Assembly (NCBI GenBank): GCA_030698395.1 | Contig: JAUYKW010000020.1 | Location: forward strand, 1,741-65,740 | Direction: 5' to 3' | DNA: 64,000 bases | DNA from: a bacterium | GTDB taxonomy: Bacteria > Patescibacteriota > Patescibacteriia > UBA9570 | Part shown: positions 48,833 through 58,500 of the stretch, in pieces | Layout of the letters: each line of letters opens with the position of its first letter | How positions within the stretch are numbered: the first letter of the stretch is position 1 | Program-made: the position numbers and the translations under genes | Notes under the pieces: generated by a model | Seen by the model: the letters and a program-made list of their open reading frames with translations, nothing else | Database searches by the model: none | Told to the model about the DNA's origin: nothing

Positions 48833-50594
48833 GCTTGATGCGATATCTCCGGCGCCAATTATGATTATGCTTTACTTTAAGCTCAAGTTCTAATGTAGGT
48901 TGATATAAAAATTCTATGTAATCCTTTAACATTCTATTTGCCGAAAATCCACTCCACGCAACCGCCATTGTTTTTCTCATCCGCTCTACCCATTCTTCAG
49001 GAATACCATTAGCATTGCGTTTATAGTAAAGAGGAATTACTTTCTTTTCAAAAATTTCATACACATGCTTACCGGTATTTTTATCTGGAATTTCCCAACC
49101 TACTCCATTAAGATCAATTTCATCTACCCAGCCATCACTTACAGAGCATTGTAATACACCGTTAGCAGCTGCTTTCATACCACTGGTACCACTAGCCTCC
49201 TTGCCTCTGTATGGCGTATTCAACCAAACATCTGAACCAGCTACCAATACATCAGCTAAAGCCATGTTGTAGTTTGGAATGAACACAAAATGATCTTCCA
49301 ATCCATGATCATGAATTGCATTTACAATATTCTTGATAATCTTATGACCAACGTCATCTCTAGGATGTGCTTTTCCGGCCATTAAAAATTGTACCGGTTG
49401 ATGCACTTGAAAAATCATTTCTTTTAAGCGTGAAATATCTTCAAATAATATCTCTGGTCTTTTATAAGATGCAAATCTTCTAGCCCAGGTAATAATAATG
49501 GTATCCTTGTCTAATTCTTTACCAGTGCGATATTCAACTTCATCAAGCAATCTAAATTTGGCCATTTCATGTAATCTCCATATAGCTTCTGCGGGTAATT
49601 TTTCTAGCAATTCTAAATCAAAATTAGGTGCCTGTGCTTTTAAATCAGCACTTACCCATGTTGGAAGATGGACACCGTTTGTTATGCCTACCATTTCATG
49701 ATCTGGCCATACTTCTTTTGCCATTTTTGCATGCAACTTACTAACCGCATTAACCCGTGCTGCCATATCTAATGCCAGCGTAGACATGCCAAATTGATCT
49801 GCTTGATCTGGAGACTTCCCCTTATGTAGTACGTAATCAATTTCCAATCCTAATTCTTTAGTGTAGCACTCCAAATACTGTTTTACTAATGAATTTGGAA
49901 ATACTTCATTTCCTGCTGGAACTAAAGTATGATTCGTAAATACAATTTTCTTTGCAGCATATTCATACGCTTCTTGAAAAAACATACCAAGTTCCTTCAT
50001 GTAATGATGGGTAATTTCAAAAATTGCAAATGCAGAATGTCCTTCATTTAAATGATAAATTGAAGGATGGATATGTAATGCATCCAACGCTCTAACTCCG
50101 CCAATTCCTAAAACCATTTCCTGTAATATCCTAGTTTCCTTGTCACCACCATATAAACGTCGAGTAATTAATTGATGTTCTGGGGTATTTTCAGGGACGT
50201 CTGTATCTAATAAATAAACGGACACATCACCCTCTGAATATTCCCAAATTTGAAAATGTATAAGATGATGTTCAACTGGAATACTAATTTTTATTGGATC
50301 CCCATCTGTATCAATAACTAAATTTACTGGTGCCTCAGCAATGTTCATTATCGGATATTCTTCACTCTGGCCATTTTTATCAATCTTCTGTCTGAAATAT
50401 CCTTCTTTATAAAGTAATCCTACTGCAACGAAAGGTAATTCCAAATCATTAGCTGCTCTAATAATGTCGCCGGCAAGGATACCTAATCCACCGGAATAAA
50501 TATGTAATCGATCATCAAGACCGAATTCTGCGCTCATGTACGCAATTGGATGCTGGCCTAGGGCCCAACGAAATTTTTGTAAATTTAAAGCCAT
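48822..50594 (-). CDS. glgP: alpha-glucan phosphorylase (GT35)
   Basis: SAEFGLDDRLHIYSGGLGILAGD N-terminus and PLP-lysine motif EASGTSGMKAAANG. Confidence 0.85.
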   Translation of the reverse strand: MALNLQKFRWALGQHPIAYMSAEFGLDDRLHIYSGGLGILAGDIIRAANDLELPFVAVGLLYKEGYFRQKIDKNGQSEEYPIMNIAEAPVNLVIDTDGDPIKISIPVEHHLIHFQIWEYSEGDVSVYLLDTDVPENTPEHQLITRRLYGGDKETRILQEMVLGIGGVRALDALHIHPSIYHLNEGHSAFAIFEITHHYMKELGMFFQEAYEYAAKKIVFTNHTLVPAGNEVFPNSLVKQYLECYTKELGLEIDYVLHKGKSPDQADQFGMSTLALDMAARVNAVSKLHAKMAKEVWPDHEMVGITNGVHLPTWVSADLKAQAPNFDLELLEKLPAEAIWRLHEMAKFRLLDEVEYRTGKELDKDTIIITWARRFASYKRPEILFEDISRLKEMIFQVHQPVQFLMAGKAHPRDDVGHKIIKNIVNAIHDHGLEDHFVFIPNYNMALADVLVAGSDVWLNTPYRGKEASGTSGMKAAANGVLQCSVSDGWVDEIDLNGVGWEIPDKNTGKHVYEIFEKKVIPLYYKRNANGIPEEWVERMRKTMAVAWSGFSANRMLKDYIEFLYQPTLELELKVKHNHNWRRRYRIKHAD

Positions 50595-50656
50595 AATAAC
50601 ATTATTATAGCAGAAAAATACACTCTAATCAAGTAGCAAGAATACTTATTTTCTAA

Positions 50657-50965
50657 TTATGACAGTTTGTTCTTTTCGCACCAACCAATAAACATGCTAG
50701 TAAGAGCAAAAAAAGCCGGAATCGTACCAACGTCATCAACATACCCTATTACTGGTAAGAAAAGTTCTGGGATAATATCAATTGGAAATATTACATACAC
50801 AAGTAAAGCTATGCTAGCAACCATGTATCCAACTTTTCCATTCTTGGGAATATGTTGAGACATTAAATATCCCCATGCCAAAGGAATTGTTTCCCAAAAT
50901 TGCCACCACTCTGGCAGATAATGCCGTCCTGGTGGTTTATTTTGCGGTGTAATCTGTTGATTCAT
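50657..50965 (-). CDS. DUF1232 (YkvA-like) membrane protein
   Basis: IDIIPELFLPVIGYVDDVG matches the DUF1232 core. Confidence 0.6.
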   Translation of the reverse strand: MNQQITPQNKPPGRHYLPEWWQFWETIPLAWGYLMSQHIPKNGKVGYMVASIALLVYVIFPIDIIPELFLPVIGYVDDVGTIPAFFALTSMFIGWCEKNKLS

Positions 50966-51219
50966 ACTAAAAGTTTAGGTGGAAGAAGCAGTGCGTGGAT
51001 CACGGCCCAGATCGCGCAGATCAGGACGAAATCCACAGTCACCACGATCATCAGCAATACCTTGGGAGGTGCAGCGATGCTGTCGTCGCGGATGTGGTGA
51101 CTAGCCTCTGCGACTTGGCCCCACGTAGCGTCCTTGAACGCCGAAAGTAAATGCCACATGACCTTGAAGGGCAAGGTCAGCCCCTGAGCAATGCTCAGCT
51201 TCTGCAGGCTAGGATCCAT
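50962..51219 (-). CDS. small GC-rich membrane protein of apparent foreign origin
   Basis: 85-aa ORF, about 57% GC in a 34% GC context, AGGAG 8 nt before the ATG, C-terminal TM helix, ATGA overlap with DUF1232 start. Confidence 0.35.
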   Translation of the reverse strand: MDPSLQKLSIAQGLTLPFKVMWHLLSAFKDATWGQVAEASHHIRDDSIAAPPKVLLMIVVTVDFVLICAIWAVIHALLLPPKLLV

Positions 51220-51432
51220 CGAATCAACTCCTGGTTGATGGATTTATTGGAAAAGGTAAATGGATGAAACATCAAAAGAACATTGCTCTATCTGCATTTA
51301 TAATGCCAACAAGAGACCGAACAATATATCAATAATTATAAATATAGTCAAGGGTAAGCAAAAGGGTAAATAAAAAAGAAATAATCCATATAATTCTTTG
51401 TCATTTCTAACAAATATGCTACAAATATAGCC

Positions 51433-52077
51433 ATGTCTAGTAGAGATAAAGAAAAACGCTTCGCAGCTGTAACGGCATTTCCTAATGTTTTGGAATTTCC
51501 AGAAGACATTAAAGGCAAATGGAACTCTGATCAATTTGATGATAATCAACCGATTACGTTGGAACTTGCTTGTGGCAAAGGTGAATACACAGTAGAAATG
51601 GCTCGCAGGTTTCCAAAGCAAAATTTTATTGGCAGTGATATTAAAGCTGAACGTATTTATATTGGTGCTAAAACAGCCATAGCTGAGAAATTAAATAACG
51701 TTGCTTTCTTACGAACTAAAATAGAACAACTAGATTTATATTTTATTGAAAATGAAGTAGCTGAAATCTGGATAACTTTTCCGGATCCATATCCAAAAAA
51801 GAAACATGCTAAACGCAGACTAACATCACCATATTTTTTAGACATGTATAAAAAAATTCTCCAACCCGGTGGACTTGTGCATTTAAAAACGGATGCAGAT
51901 GATTTACATAACTACTCTCTAGAAACTGTCACAGCTGCAGGTGCAAATGTAAAAGAAGCAGTTATGGATATCTATAACAAACCACTCACTAATCCACTTT
52001 TAGAAATAAAAACAAACTTCGAGAATAAGCATTTAGCTGATAACCGAACAATTAATTATCTGTGTTTTCAATTTTAG
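51433..52077 (+). CDS. trmB: tRNA (guanine46-N7)-methyltransferase
   Basis: ITLELACGKGEYTVEMA (SAM motif), ITFPDPYPKKKHAKRR (TrmB FPDPWPKKRH). Confidence 0.85.
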   Translation: MSSRDKEKRFAAVTAFPNVLEFPEDIKGKWNSDQFDDNQPITLELACGKGEYTVEMARRFPKQNFIGSDIKAERIYIGAKTAIAEKLNNVAFLRTKIEQLDLYFIENEVAEIWITFPDPYPKKKHAKRRLTSPYFLDMYKKILQPGGLVHLKTDADDLHNYSLETVTAAGANVKEAVMDIYNKPLTNPLLEIKTNFENKHLADNRTINYLCFQF

Positions 52078-52080
52078 TTA

Positions 52081-52737
52081 TTACACTAAGTAATTATAAA
52101 TCACCCAAAAGTGACTAAAGCTACCAGCTAAAACAAATACGTGAAACACCTCATGCATGCCAAAAATTTTCATGCGTGGTGTAAATTTGTCTAACCCATG
52201 AAAAATCACACCAACAGTATAAAATAATCCTCCAAGAAAAATCCATCCTAATGCAGGCAGAGACAATGCTTGCCATAGTGGGACAATCGCTATAACCACT
52301 ATCCAACCCATAATTAAGTATTTAATTGCGGGAACCCACCCTGGCATTCTAGGAAAAACATTTTTTAAGACAACGCCGATAATAGCCATGCCCCAAACAA
52401 CACCAAAGATACTCCAACCCCAAGCACCTTGAAGTTTTAATAAACATACTGGAGTATACGTGGCTGCAATAAAAATAAATATCATAGAATAATCCAATCT
52501 TTGAAAAAGGCTTTTAGCACGTGGAGCCCTACGCGGTATAAGATGATATAATGAGCTAATAGTGTAAAGCAATATCAAACCACTACCAAATATAGAAAAG
52601 GTAACTACATGCATAACTGTACCTTGTTTTACTGCCAATAAAATTAACATTACCAAAGCAACGATTGATAAGCCAATGCCAAAAACATGCAGTATTCCGC
52701 TAGTAATATCATTATCTCTGTGATGATGAAATTTCAT
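52081..52737 (-). CDS. hemolysin III / PAQR-family channel protein
   Basis: 7 TM helices, SSLYH and HEVFHVFVLAGSFSHF histidine motifs. Confidence 0.7.
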   Translation of the reverse strand: MKFHHHRDNDITSGILHVFGIGLSIVALVMLILLAVKQGTVMHVVTFSIFGSGLILLYTISSLYHLIPRRAPRAKSLFQRLDYSMIFIFIAATYTPVCLLKLQGAWGWSIFGVVWGMAIIGVVLKNVFPRMPGWVPAIKYLIMGWIVVIAIVPLWQALSLPALGWIFLGGLFYTVGVIFHGLDKFTPRMKIFGMHEVFHVFVLAGSFSHFWVIYNYLV

Positions 52738-52785
52738 ACCTCAAGGGTAACTCTTTTTAATTAATGTGTCGATAATCATAATATC

Positions 52786-52815
52786 TTGACAGGTGAACGA
52801 TTGTTCACTTATAAT
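52786..52815 (+). promoter_or_regulatory. lexA promoter (TTGACA 52786-52791, N18, TATAAT 52810-52815) with embedded SOS box GTGAACGATTGTTCAC (52793-52808)
   Basis: GAAC-N4-GTTC palindrome of the LexA/DinR-type operator sits between the -35 and -10 hexamers about 60 nt upstream of lexA. Confidence 0.6.
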
Positions 52816-52843
52816 AGTAGCTACATGCTATGGCATGTAGCTA
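52816..52843. repeat. perfect 12-bp-arm palindrome AGTAGCTACATG-CTAT-GGCATGTAGCTACT in lexA leader
   Basis: Read directly; lies between the -10 and the lexA start codon. Confidence 0.7.
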
Positions 52844-52868
52844 CTATAACCAACGATAAATAAATAAA

Positions 52869-53444
52869 ATGTCTACATACGAACAACGTAAAAATAAAAT
52901 AACCAATTTTTATACTAAACATAAGCGTCTACCAAGTTACAGCGAGATGCTAGAGTTATTTTCATTAAAATCCAAAAATGCAGTTGCCAGAATTGTCCAA
53001 AAATTAATTGAGCAAGAAATTGTAGAAAAAGATAACACAAATAGATTGATACCCGGCAAACTATTAGGTGGGGTACGTAAGCTAGGTACAGTTGAAGCTG
53101 GCTGGCCATCCCCTGCTGAAGAAGAGTTAGCTGACGCCATAAGTTTAGATGAATACCTAATTGAAAATAAGGAAGCTAGCTTTCTCTTAACCGTTTCCGG
53201 AGAATCCATGATTGGTGTTGGAATTAATCCAGATGATCTAGTAATAGTGGAACGCGGTAAACCACCTCGTTCTGGAGATATTGTAGTAGCAGAAGTTGAT
53301 GGCGAATGGACTATAAAAACATATGAAAAGCACGGTGACAATATCAGGTTATTACCAGCTAACTCTAAATTTAAACCAATTATACCTCGAGAAAGCTTGC
53401 ATATTGCCGGAGTGGTAACAGCAGTGGTTCGTAAATACAAATAA
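52869..53444 (+). CDS. lexA: LexA repressor (S24 peptidase)
   Basis: N-terminal wHTH, cleavage-site region VEAGWPSPAEE, catalytic SGESM...K (LLPANSKF). Confidence 0.85.
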   Translation: MSTYEQRKNKITNFYTKHKRLPSYSEMLELFSLKSKNAVARIVQKLIEQEIVEKDNTNRLIPGKLLGGVRKLGTVEAGWPSPAEEELADAISLDEYLIENKEASFLLTVSGESMIGVGINPDDLVIVERGKPPRSGDIVVAEVDGEWTIKTYEKHGDNIRLLPANSKFKPIIPRESLHIAGVVTAVVRKYK

Positions 53445-53457
53445 CACATAGCTTATA

Positions 53458-54765
53458 ATGTCTTATCATGGATCTTATTTACCAAATGCCCTTCTACACA
53501 TAGATGCTGATGCTTTTTTTGCATCCTGCGAACAAGCAGTAAATCCAGCATATCGCGGTAAACCAGTTATCACTGGAGCAGAACGTGGTATCGTAGCAGC
53601 TGCCAGCTATGAAGCAAAAAAACTCGGCATCAAACGCGGTGTATCATTGCGCGATGTACGCAAAATATGTCCAGACGCTATTATATTACCTTCTAACTAC
53701 GAAACTTACAGTTTGTTTTCTAAACGCATGTTCGATATCATTCGCCGAACTACCTCCGCAGTAGAAGAATACTCCATCGATGAAGCCTTTGCAGATATTA
53801 CTGGCTTACGCCGGCCCATGAAAATGTCTTACTCCGATATTGCTAAACACATACAAACAAATATCCATAATGATCTTGGTATTACAGTATCAGTAGGCTT
53901 AGCTAGCACCAAGGTATTAGGCAAGGTAGCTGCTAATTGGAATAAACCAAATGGTTTTGCTGCTATCACTTCGCAAAACAAAGAACAATATCTTGCTAAA
54001 CTAGATGTTGAAGAAATATGGGGTATTGGCAGACAAACTGCCAAACACCTTTATAGGCTTGGCATTACCACGGCTTTACAATTTGCCCAACGTCCTGAAA
54101 ATTGGGTAAAAAACAACTTCACTAAACCTCATCAAGAAATCTGGCAAGAACTTAATGGCCATAGCGTTTATAAAATAGAAACTGCAGAAAAAGAAAGTTA
54201 CGCTAGCATTAGTAAAACGCGCACCTTCACTCCCTCTTCTGCAAATGCAGAATTTGTTTTTGCTCAACTAGCTAAAAATGTAGAAAATGCTTTCATTAAA
54301 GTTCGTCGTCATCAATTAGTTGCGAAAAAAATTATTGTGTATCTAAAAACTCAGCAATACAGATACCTTGGGCTAGAAGCTAAACTTAACAGACCAACTG
54401 CATTTACACATGAAATCTTGCCATTGGTTAGACAATTATTTAAGCAACTGTTTGTAACTAATACTCAATACCGCGCAACTGGTGCTGTACTCTGCGGTTT
54501 GCAAACAGATGAATCTATTCAAATGAGCTTATTCGAAAATCCTTTAGAATTAGATAAACTTAAAAAAGTATATTCGTCTATAGATAAGCTATCCAATAAA
54601 TATGGAAAGCATACTATATTTTTAGGTAGCAGTATGCCAGCACACACTGTTAGCCAACACCAAAATTTTCGAGGTTCTGTACCTATAGCAAAACAACTAC
54701 GTTCCAAAGCATTAAACCAAAGAAAATTTATGAACCTACCAGTTTTATTAGGATCTGTAAAATAA
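53458..54765 (+). CDS. Y-family DNA polymerase (DinB/UmuC-like)
   Basis: LHIDADAFFASCEQAVNP..GKPVIT (catalytic Asp pair region), SIDEAFADITG; immediately downstream of lexA. Confidence 0.85.
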   Translation: MSYHGSYLPNALLHIDADAFFASCEQAVNPAYRGKPVITGAERGIVAAASYEAKKLGIKRGVSLRDVRKICPDAIILPSNYETYSLFSKRMFDIIRRTTSAVEEYSIDEAFADITGLRRPMKMSYSDIAKHIQTNIHNDLGITVSVGLASTKVLGKVAANWNKPNGFAAITSQNKEQYLAKLDVEEIWGIGRQTAKHLYRLGITTALQFAQRPENWVKNNFTKPHQEIWQELNGHSVYKIETAEKESYASISKTRTFTPSSANAEFVFAQLAKNVENAFIKVRRHQLVAKKIIVYLKTQQYRYLGLEAKLNRPTAFTHEILPLVRQLFKQLFVTNTQYRATGAVLCGLQTDESIQMSLFENPLELDKLKKVYSSIDKLSNKYGKHTIFLGSSMPAHTVSQHQNFRGSVPIAKQLRSKALNQRKFMNLPVLLGSVK

Positions 54766-54800
54766 AACTCCCCTCTCTCTCTCAAACTTAAAAATATAAT

Positions 54801-54827
54801 CAAAAACCCCCTCCAATAAGGAGGGGG
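54801..54827 (-). terminator. rho-independent terminator (CCCCCTCC-AATAA-GGAGGGGG) for the minus-strand gene, located between convergent genes
   Basis: 8-bp G/C stem; U-run follows on the minus strand (plus AAAAA at 54802-54806). Confidence 0.65.
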
Positions 54828-54867
54828 CATGCTTAGTAGCTACCAAGTACAAGGGAAAGTCTACAAG

Positions 54868-55575
54868 TTATTTTGTTCTAAAGTTAAACTTAACCATATC
54901 GCTATCGCTAAATGGTGACTTTTTAGCTGTAATTCTTACGTAGTATTTTTTTCCACTCTTTAAGTTCTTAATTGCCAAGCTATCCTTGATGAATAAAGTT
55001 TCTTCTGCTAACAAAACATCATCCGAAGTTTTGTTATTTTTAAAAACCTTCACGTGATAATATGGCCCAGCATCTTTCAATGCAGCTGTTGGCGTCCAAG
55101 TAACTTCTACAGATTTTTTCTTTCTGCTAGTTAAACGCACATTCTTTACAATTGGCACACCACTTCTAAACATTGCAGTATCACTCCACATAGATTTTGT
55201 TCCATCATCATACTTCTCGCGCACTCTTACAAAATACTCATCTAAAACATTAATGCCATCTTTACTAGTCAACCATGTAGTATAGGTTTCATCATTAAAA
55301 CTTCCTGTATAAAAAATCTTAGCTTCTTTACTCCAGTCAGCTACAGTTGAAGCCTCTACAATATATCTATCAACATTCTTTGTACCTCCATAATATGTTT
55401 GACTTTGCTTTGAAGCAGACCAATTAACTTGTCCCTGATCTGGGCTCGTACGATCGGTTGTTGATGTCCATACACATGGTTGAGTTTTAGTACTACATCC
55501 TGCTTGAGCAACGGATGCTGTCATCAAAAAGACCAATCCACTTGCCAGGATGGCGCTTGCGATATATTTCTTCAT
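54868..55575 (-). CDS. secreted protein with C-terminal FN3-like domain
   Basis: Signal peptide MKKYIASAILASGLVFLMTASVAQA; C-terminal region resembles that of 47735-48832 product (VTW.P, KxYYVRITAK). Confidence 0.5.
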   Translation of the reverse strand: MKKYIASAILASGLVFLMTASVAQAGCSTKTQPCVWTSTTDRTSPDQGQVNWSASKQSQTYYGGTKNVDRYIVEASTVADWSKEAKIFYTGSFNDETYTTWLTSKDGINVLDEYFVRVREKYDDGTKSMWSDTAMFRSGVPIVKNVRLTSRKKKSVEVTWTPTAALKDAGPYYHVKVFKNNKTSDDVLLAEETLFIKDSLAIKNLKSGKKYYVRITAKKSPFSDSDMVKFNFRTK

Positions 55576-55675
55576 AATATATGTAATTACTTATCTATTA
55601 AGTTAACGTTAATTTAATAGAATAAGGTCATATTGTCAATACAATACTCCTTTTTAACTGATTTAGAAATATTTT

Positions 55676-56101
55676 TTAAGTCCCTTGTTTAAGCAAAACT
55701 TTACTAGGAATTGATTGAAATTGTTGTAATAACTCCATACACTTAGTGACTATTTGCTTTGGTGTATAACTTGTTTTAACTAAGTATTCCTCTGCTCCTA
55801 AATCCAATCCCATTTGAGCTTCACTACCTTGTTGTAAATTAGTAAGCATTATTACTGGAATATCTTTAGTAGCTTTATTTGCCTTTAATTCTCGTAATGC
55901 TGAAAAGCCATTCATCTTTGGCATCAAAACATCTAATAATATTAAATCTGGACTTTCTGTATTCGCTAGCTCTAATCCTTCTTCTCCATTGTAGGCAGAA
56001 ATAACTTTACACCCACTACGAAAAAACTTCTGCGAGTACATTGCTTGCAACATCTCTTCATCTTCAACTAATAAAATTTTAAACTGTTTCATTTCCTCCA
56101 A
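55676..56101 (-). CDS. stand-alone response regulator receiver (CheY-like)
   Basis: KILLVEDEE, LILLDVLMP (phospho-acceptor Asp), IPVIMLT, conserved K in EYLVKT. Confidence 0.8.
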   Translation of the reverse strand: MEEMKQFKILLVEDEEMLQAMYSQKFFRSGCKVISAYNGEEGLELANTESPDLILLDVLMPKMNGFSALRELKANKATKDIPVIMLTNLQQGSEAQMGLDLGAEEYLVKTSYTPKQIVTKCMELLQQFQSIPSKVLLKQGT

Positions 56102-56293
56102 ATTGAAACTTAAAAATAAATTTATACTACAACCTCCTAAATCTCTACTATAAATTTTTTAATTGGTTGTAAGGTTATATATATTATAACATTTTTAATT
56201 ATAATTTTTTCAATATTTTTAATTACGTTTTAATGTCTGTGTTAATAAAAAAGGCACCGCATACACGACGCCTTTTTATGTTTGATCTAACTC

Positions 56294-57136
56294 TTACAAA
56301 TTGCTTATCCAATCTTCATCTTCATTATCATCAATTCCATCATTATCTTGATCATCTTGTTGATGATCAACTTCATCTTGATCGTCAATGCCATCATTAT
56401 CATCATCAGAATCTTCAGCATCATTTAAACCATCGTTATCATGATCAAATTCTTCACCTTCTACTTCATCATCATCATTAATACCATCGTTATCATCATC
56501 ATTATCAACTTTATCTACAGAATTATCATTATCATGATCATATGCTGATTCACAACCAGATTCATCCCAATCTTTCGAACCGTCATTATCATCATCTCTA
56601 TCTCTTAAATCTTTTATCCGATCATTGTCATGATTATATTGTTTTCTTCTTCCTTCATTAATATCCTTGATTCCATCATTATCATCATCTAAATCACGAA
56701 TATTCTTTCTAGCATCATTATCATGATTTCTCTTGAATCGAAGTCTCTCTACGTAATCTGGCACGCCATCTCTATCTTTATCCTCACTTACAGTTGTTAG
56801 ACGATTTTCTTCAGCTGTATCTACTACATCATCTGTATCTACATCATCTAAAATACCATCATTATCATTATCGTGGCGATATTTTGGTCGTTCTACGCAA
56901 TCTATGTAACCATCAGCATCATCATCAGCATCAATGTCATCATTTAATCCATCATTATCGTGATCTTCTGGTAAAAGATCCAGTGAATCGGATGTACCAT
57001 CCATATCTGTGTCTGTTTCAGTTTCTGCTTGAGCCATTAAAGTTAAGCTAAAACCAAAGACCAAAGCTAAAACTACAACCGTGACAATATGTTGCCACTT
57101 CAGCTGTTCCATCTTTTTAGTTATTGTTGAACTCAT
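56294..57136 (-). CDS. secreted highly acidic calcium-binding repeat protein (thrombospondin type 3-like DxDxDG repeats)
   Basis: N-terminal TM/signal, then >12 repeats of D-x-D-N-D-G-x-x-D (DHDNDGLND, DNDNDGILDD, DKDRDGVPD, DDDNDGIKD). Confidence 0.55.
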   Translation of the reverse strand: MSSTITKKMEQLKWQHIVTVVVLALVFGFSLTLMAQAETETDTDMDGTSDSLDLLPEDHDNDGLNDDIDADDDADGYIDCVERPKYRHDNDNDGILDDVDTDDVVDTAEENRLTTVSEDKDRDGVPDYVERLRFKRNHDNDARKNIRDLDDDNDGIKDINEGRRKQYNHDNDRIKDLRDRDDDNDGSKDWDESGCESAYDHDNDNSVDKVDNDDDNDGINDDDEVEGEEFDHDNDGLNDAEDSDDDNDGIDDQDEVDHQQDDQDNDGIDDNEDEDWISNL

Positions 57137-57268
57137 ATTTATTTGTTCAATTATTAATTAATATATACTTTAAAATTGAAAGTATTTCAATTTATTTTGA
57201 ATCTACATTATGTTTATACGTACCTTTCGGAAAATTGTTACGATTCCGTCCGTTATTAATTTCCCCAT

Positions 57269-57964
57269 TCACAGCAAAGGTTTTTGAGAAGGCAATTCTT
57301 TTAAGGGCTTCATCACCTCCGGATTGTCATTTGCCGGAGAATTTACATCTAGAGAAACTGGATAGGCGATCATTTTATTAGCTGGAAAAGGCTTGAGCAT
57401 TTTAATTGCATCAATCACAGGAATCGATGAGTCCAACCAACTCATTTCATCTTCGGGCAATAACATTGCAGGCATGCGGTTATGAATCCGAGCCATCATT
57501 GAATTTGCTTCTACTGTAATAATTGCAAACTCTAAAATTTCTTCCTTACTCTTATTTCTTCTAATTTTGTAAATGCCGGCCATTGCAAAAGGTGCTTCAT
57601 CTTTTCTGGTAATTCTGTATGGTTGCTTATGATTCTCATTTGGTAGTTCTGCCCACTCATAAAAACCGTCCGCTATGATCAAACATCGTTGCTGTTCTAT
57701 TGCTTTCTTGAATGTTTTCTTCTCGGTTATTGTTTCTGCTCTGGCATTAATTAAGCGACGCGGACTCACCTCAGCGCGCATCCATGCTGGAACTATTCCC
57801 CATTCTCCAAGAATAATTCTGTCTGGATGATCTGTAGTAACTAAAGGAAGTTGCTGTGCAGGCGCAACATTAAATCTAGGAGTAATCGTCCCTTCAATTT
57901 TCTTTACATTAAAACGCTCCTGTAATTCTTTCGGAAATGCAACTAGTGAGTATCTACCGCACAC
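57269..57964 (-). CDS. yedK: SOS response-associated peptidase (SRAP; abasic-site processing protein YedK/HMCES family)
   Basis: MCGRYSL N-terminus (catalytic Cys2), conserved HNRMP and GFYEW motifs. Confidence 0.85.
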   Translation of the reverse strand: MCGRYSLVAFPKELQERFNVKKIEGTITPRFNVAPAQQLPLVTTDHPDRIILGEWGIVPAWMRAEVSPRRLINARAETITEKKTFKKAIEQQRCLIIADGFYEWAELPNENHKQPYRITRKDEAPFAMAGIYKIRRNKSKEEILEFAIITVEANSMMARIHNRMPAMLLPEDEMSWLDSSIPVIDAIKMLKPFPANKMIAYPVSLDVNSPANDNPEVMKPLKELPSQKPLL

Positions 57965-57972
57965 GTTGTTAC

Positions 57973-58485
57973 TTATTTAAGAATTGGATATTTCTTCACT
58001 AATTCTAAAGATCCCCACCATTTACCTAAACCAATATATTCTCCAGAATTTGTTAAGATAAATATTTTAAGAAGCAACAGATAAATAATGTGTTCGTCGA
58101 GAAAAGGATTATTTTCCTTAGGAAGAACTGCTAGCCACATTAAAATCATGAGGATGGCACCAGAATATCCAGCAATTTTTACGCCAATACCAAGTATTAA
58201 TGCTAAGCCTATACCTAATAAACCAAGCATAAATAGCCCATCTACAAAACCATTATCAGCCATAGCTTGAAATAATGATGCGAATGGCCCAGATGTGCCA
58301 TTCTGTAAAAATCCTGCAGTAGGAGAACCTCCATCGATCCAACATTTCCCTCCCTCACTTGGAAACCCAAGACATAATAATTTATCAATGAAAGCCCAGA
58401 AAAAAATCCAACCAATCGAAATTCGTAATAAACCTAGAATAAAATGAACTTTTTTGTGTTTATTATCTTTATCATTGTTTTTCAT
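57973..58485 (-). CDS. DoxX-like membrane protein
   Basis: 4 TM helices, glycine-rich helices resembling DoxX/TQO small subunit; weak. Confidence 0.4.
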   Translation of the reverse strand: MKNNDKDNKHKKVHFILGLLRISIGWIFFWAFIDKLLCLGFPSEGGKCWIDGGSPTAGFLQNGTSGPFASLFQAMADNGFVDGLFMLGLLGIGLALILGIGVKIAGYSGAILMILMWLAVLPKENNPFLDEHIIYLLLLKIFILTNSGEYIGLGKWWGSLELVKKYPILK

Positions 58486-58500
58486 ATAAAGATATTTATT

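Noticed and set aside
51298-51621. 107-aa minus-strand ORF
   Set aside because: Overlaps the 5' half of trmB, which has clear conserved motifs; hydrophobic low-complexity translation of AT-rich antisense.
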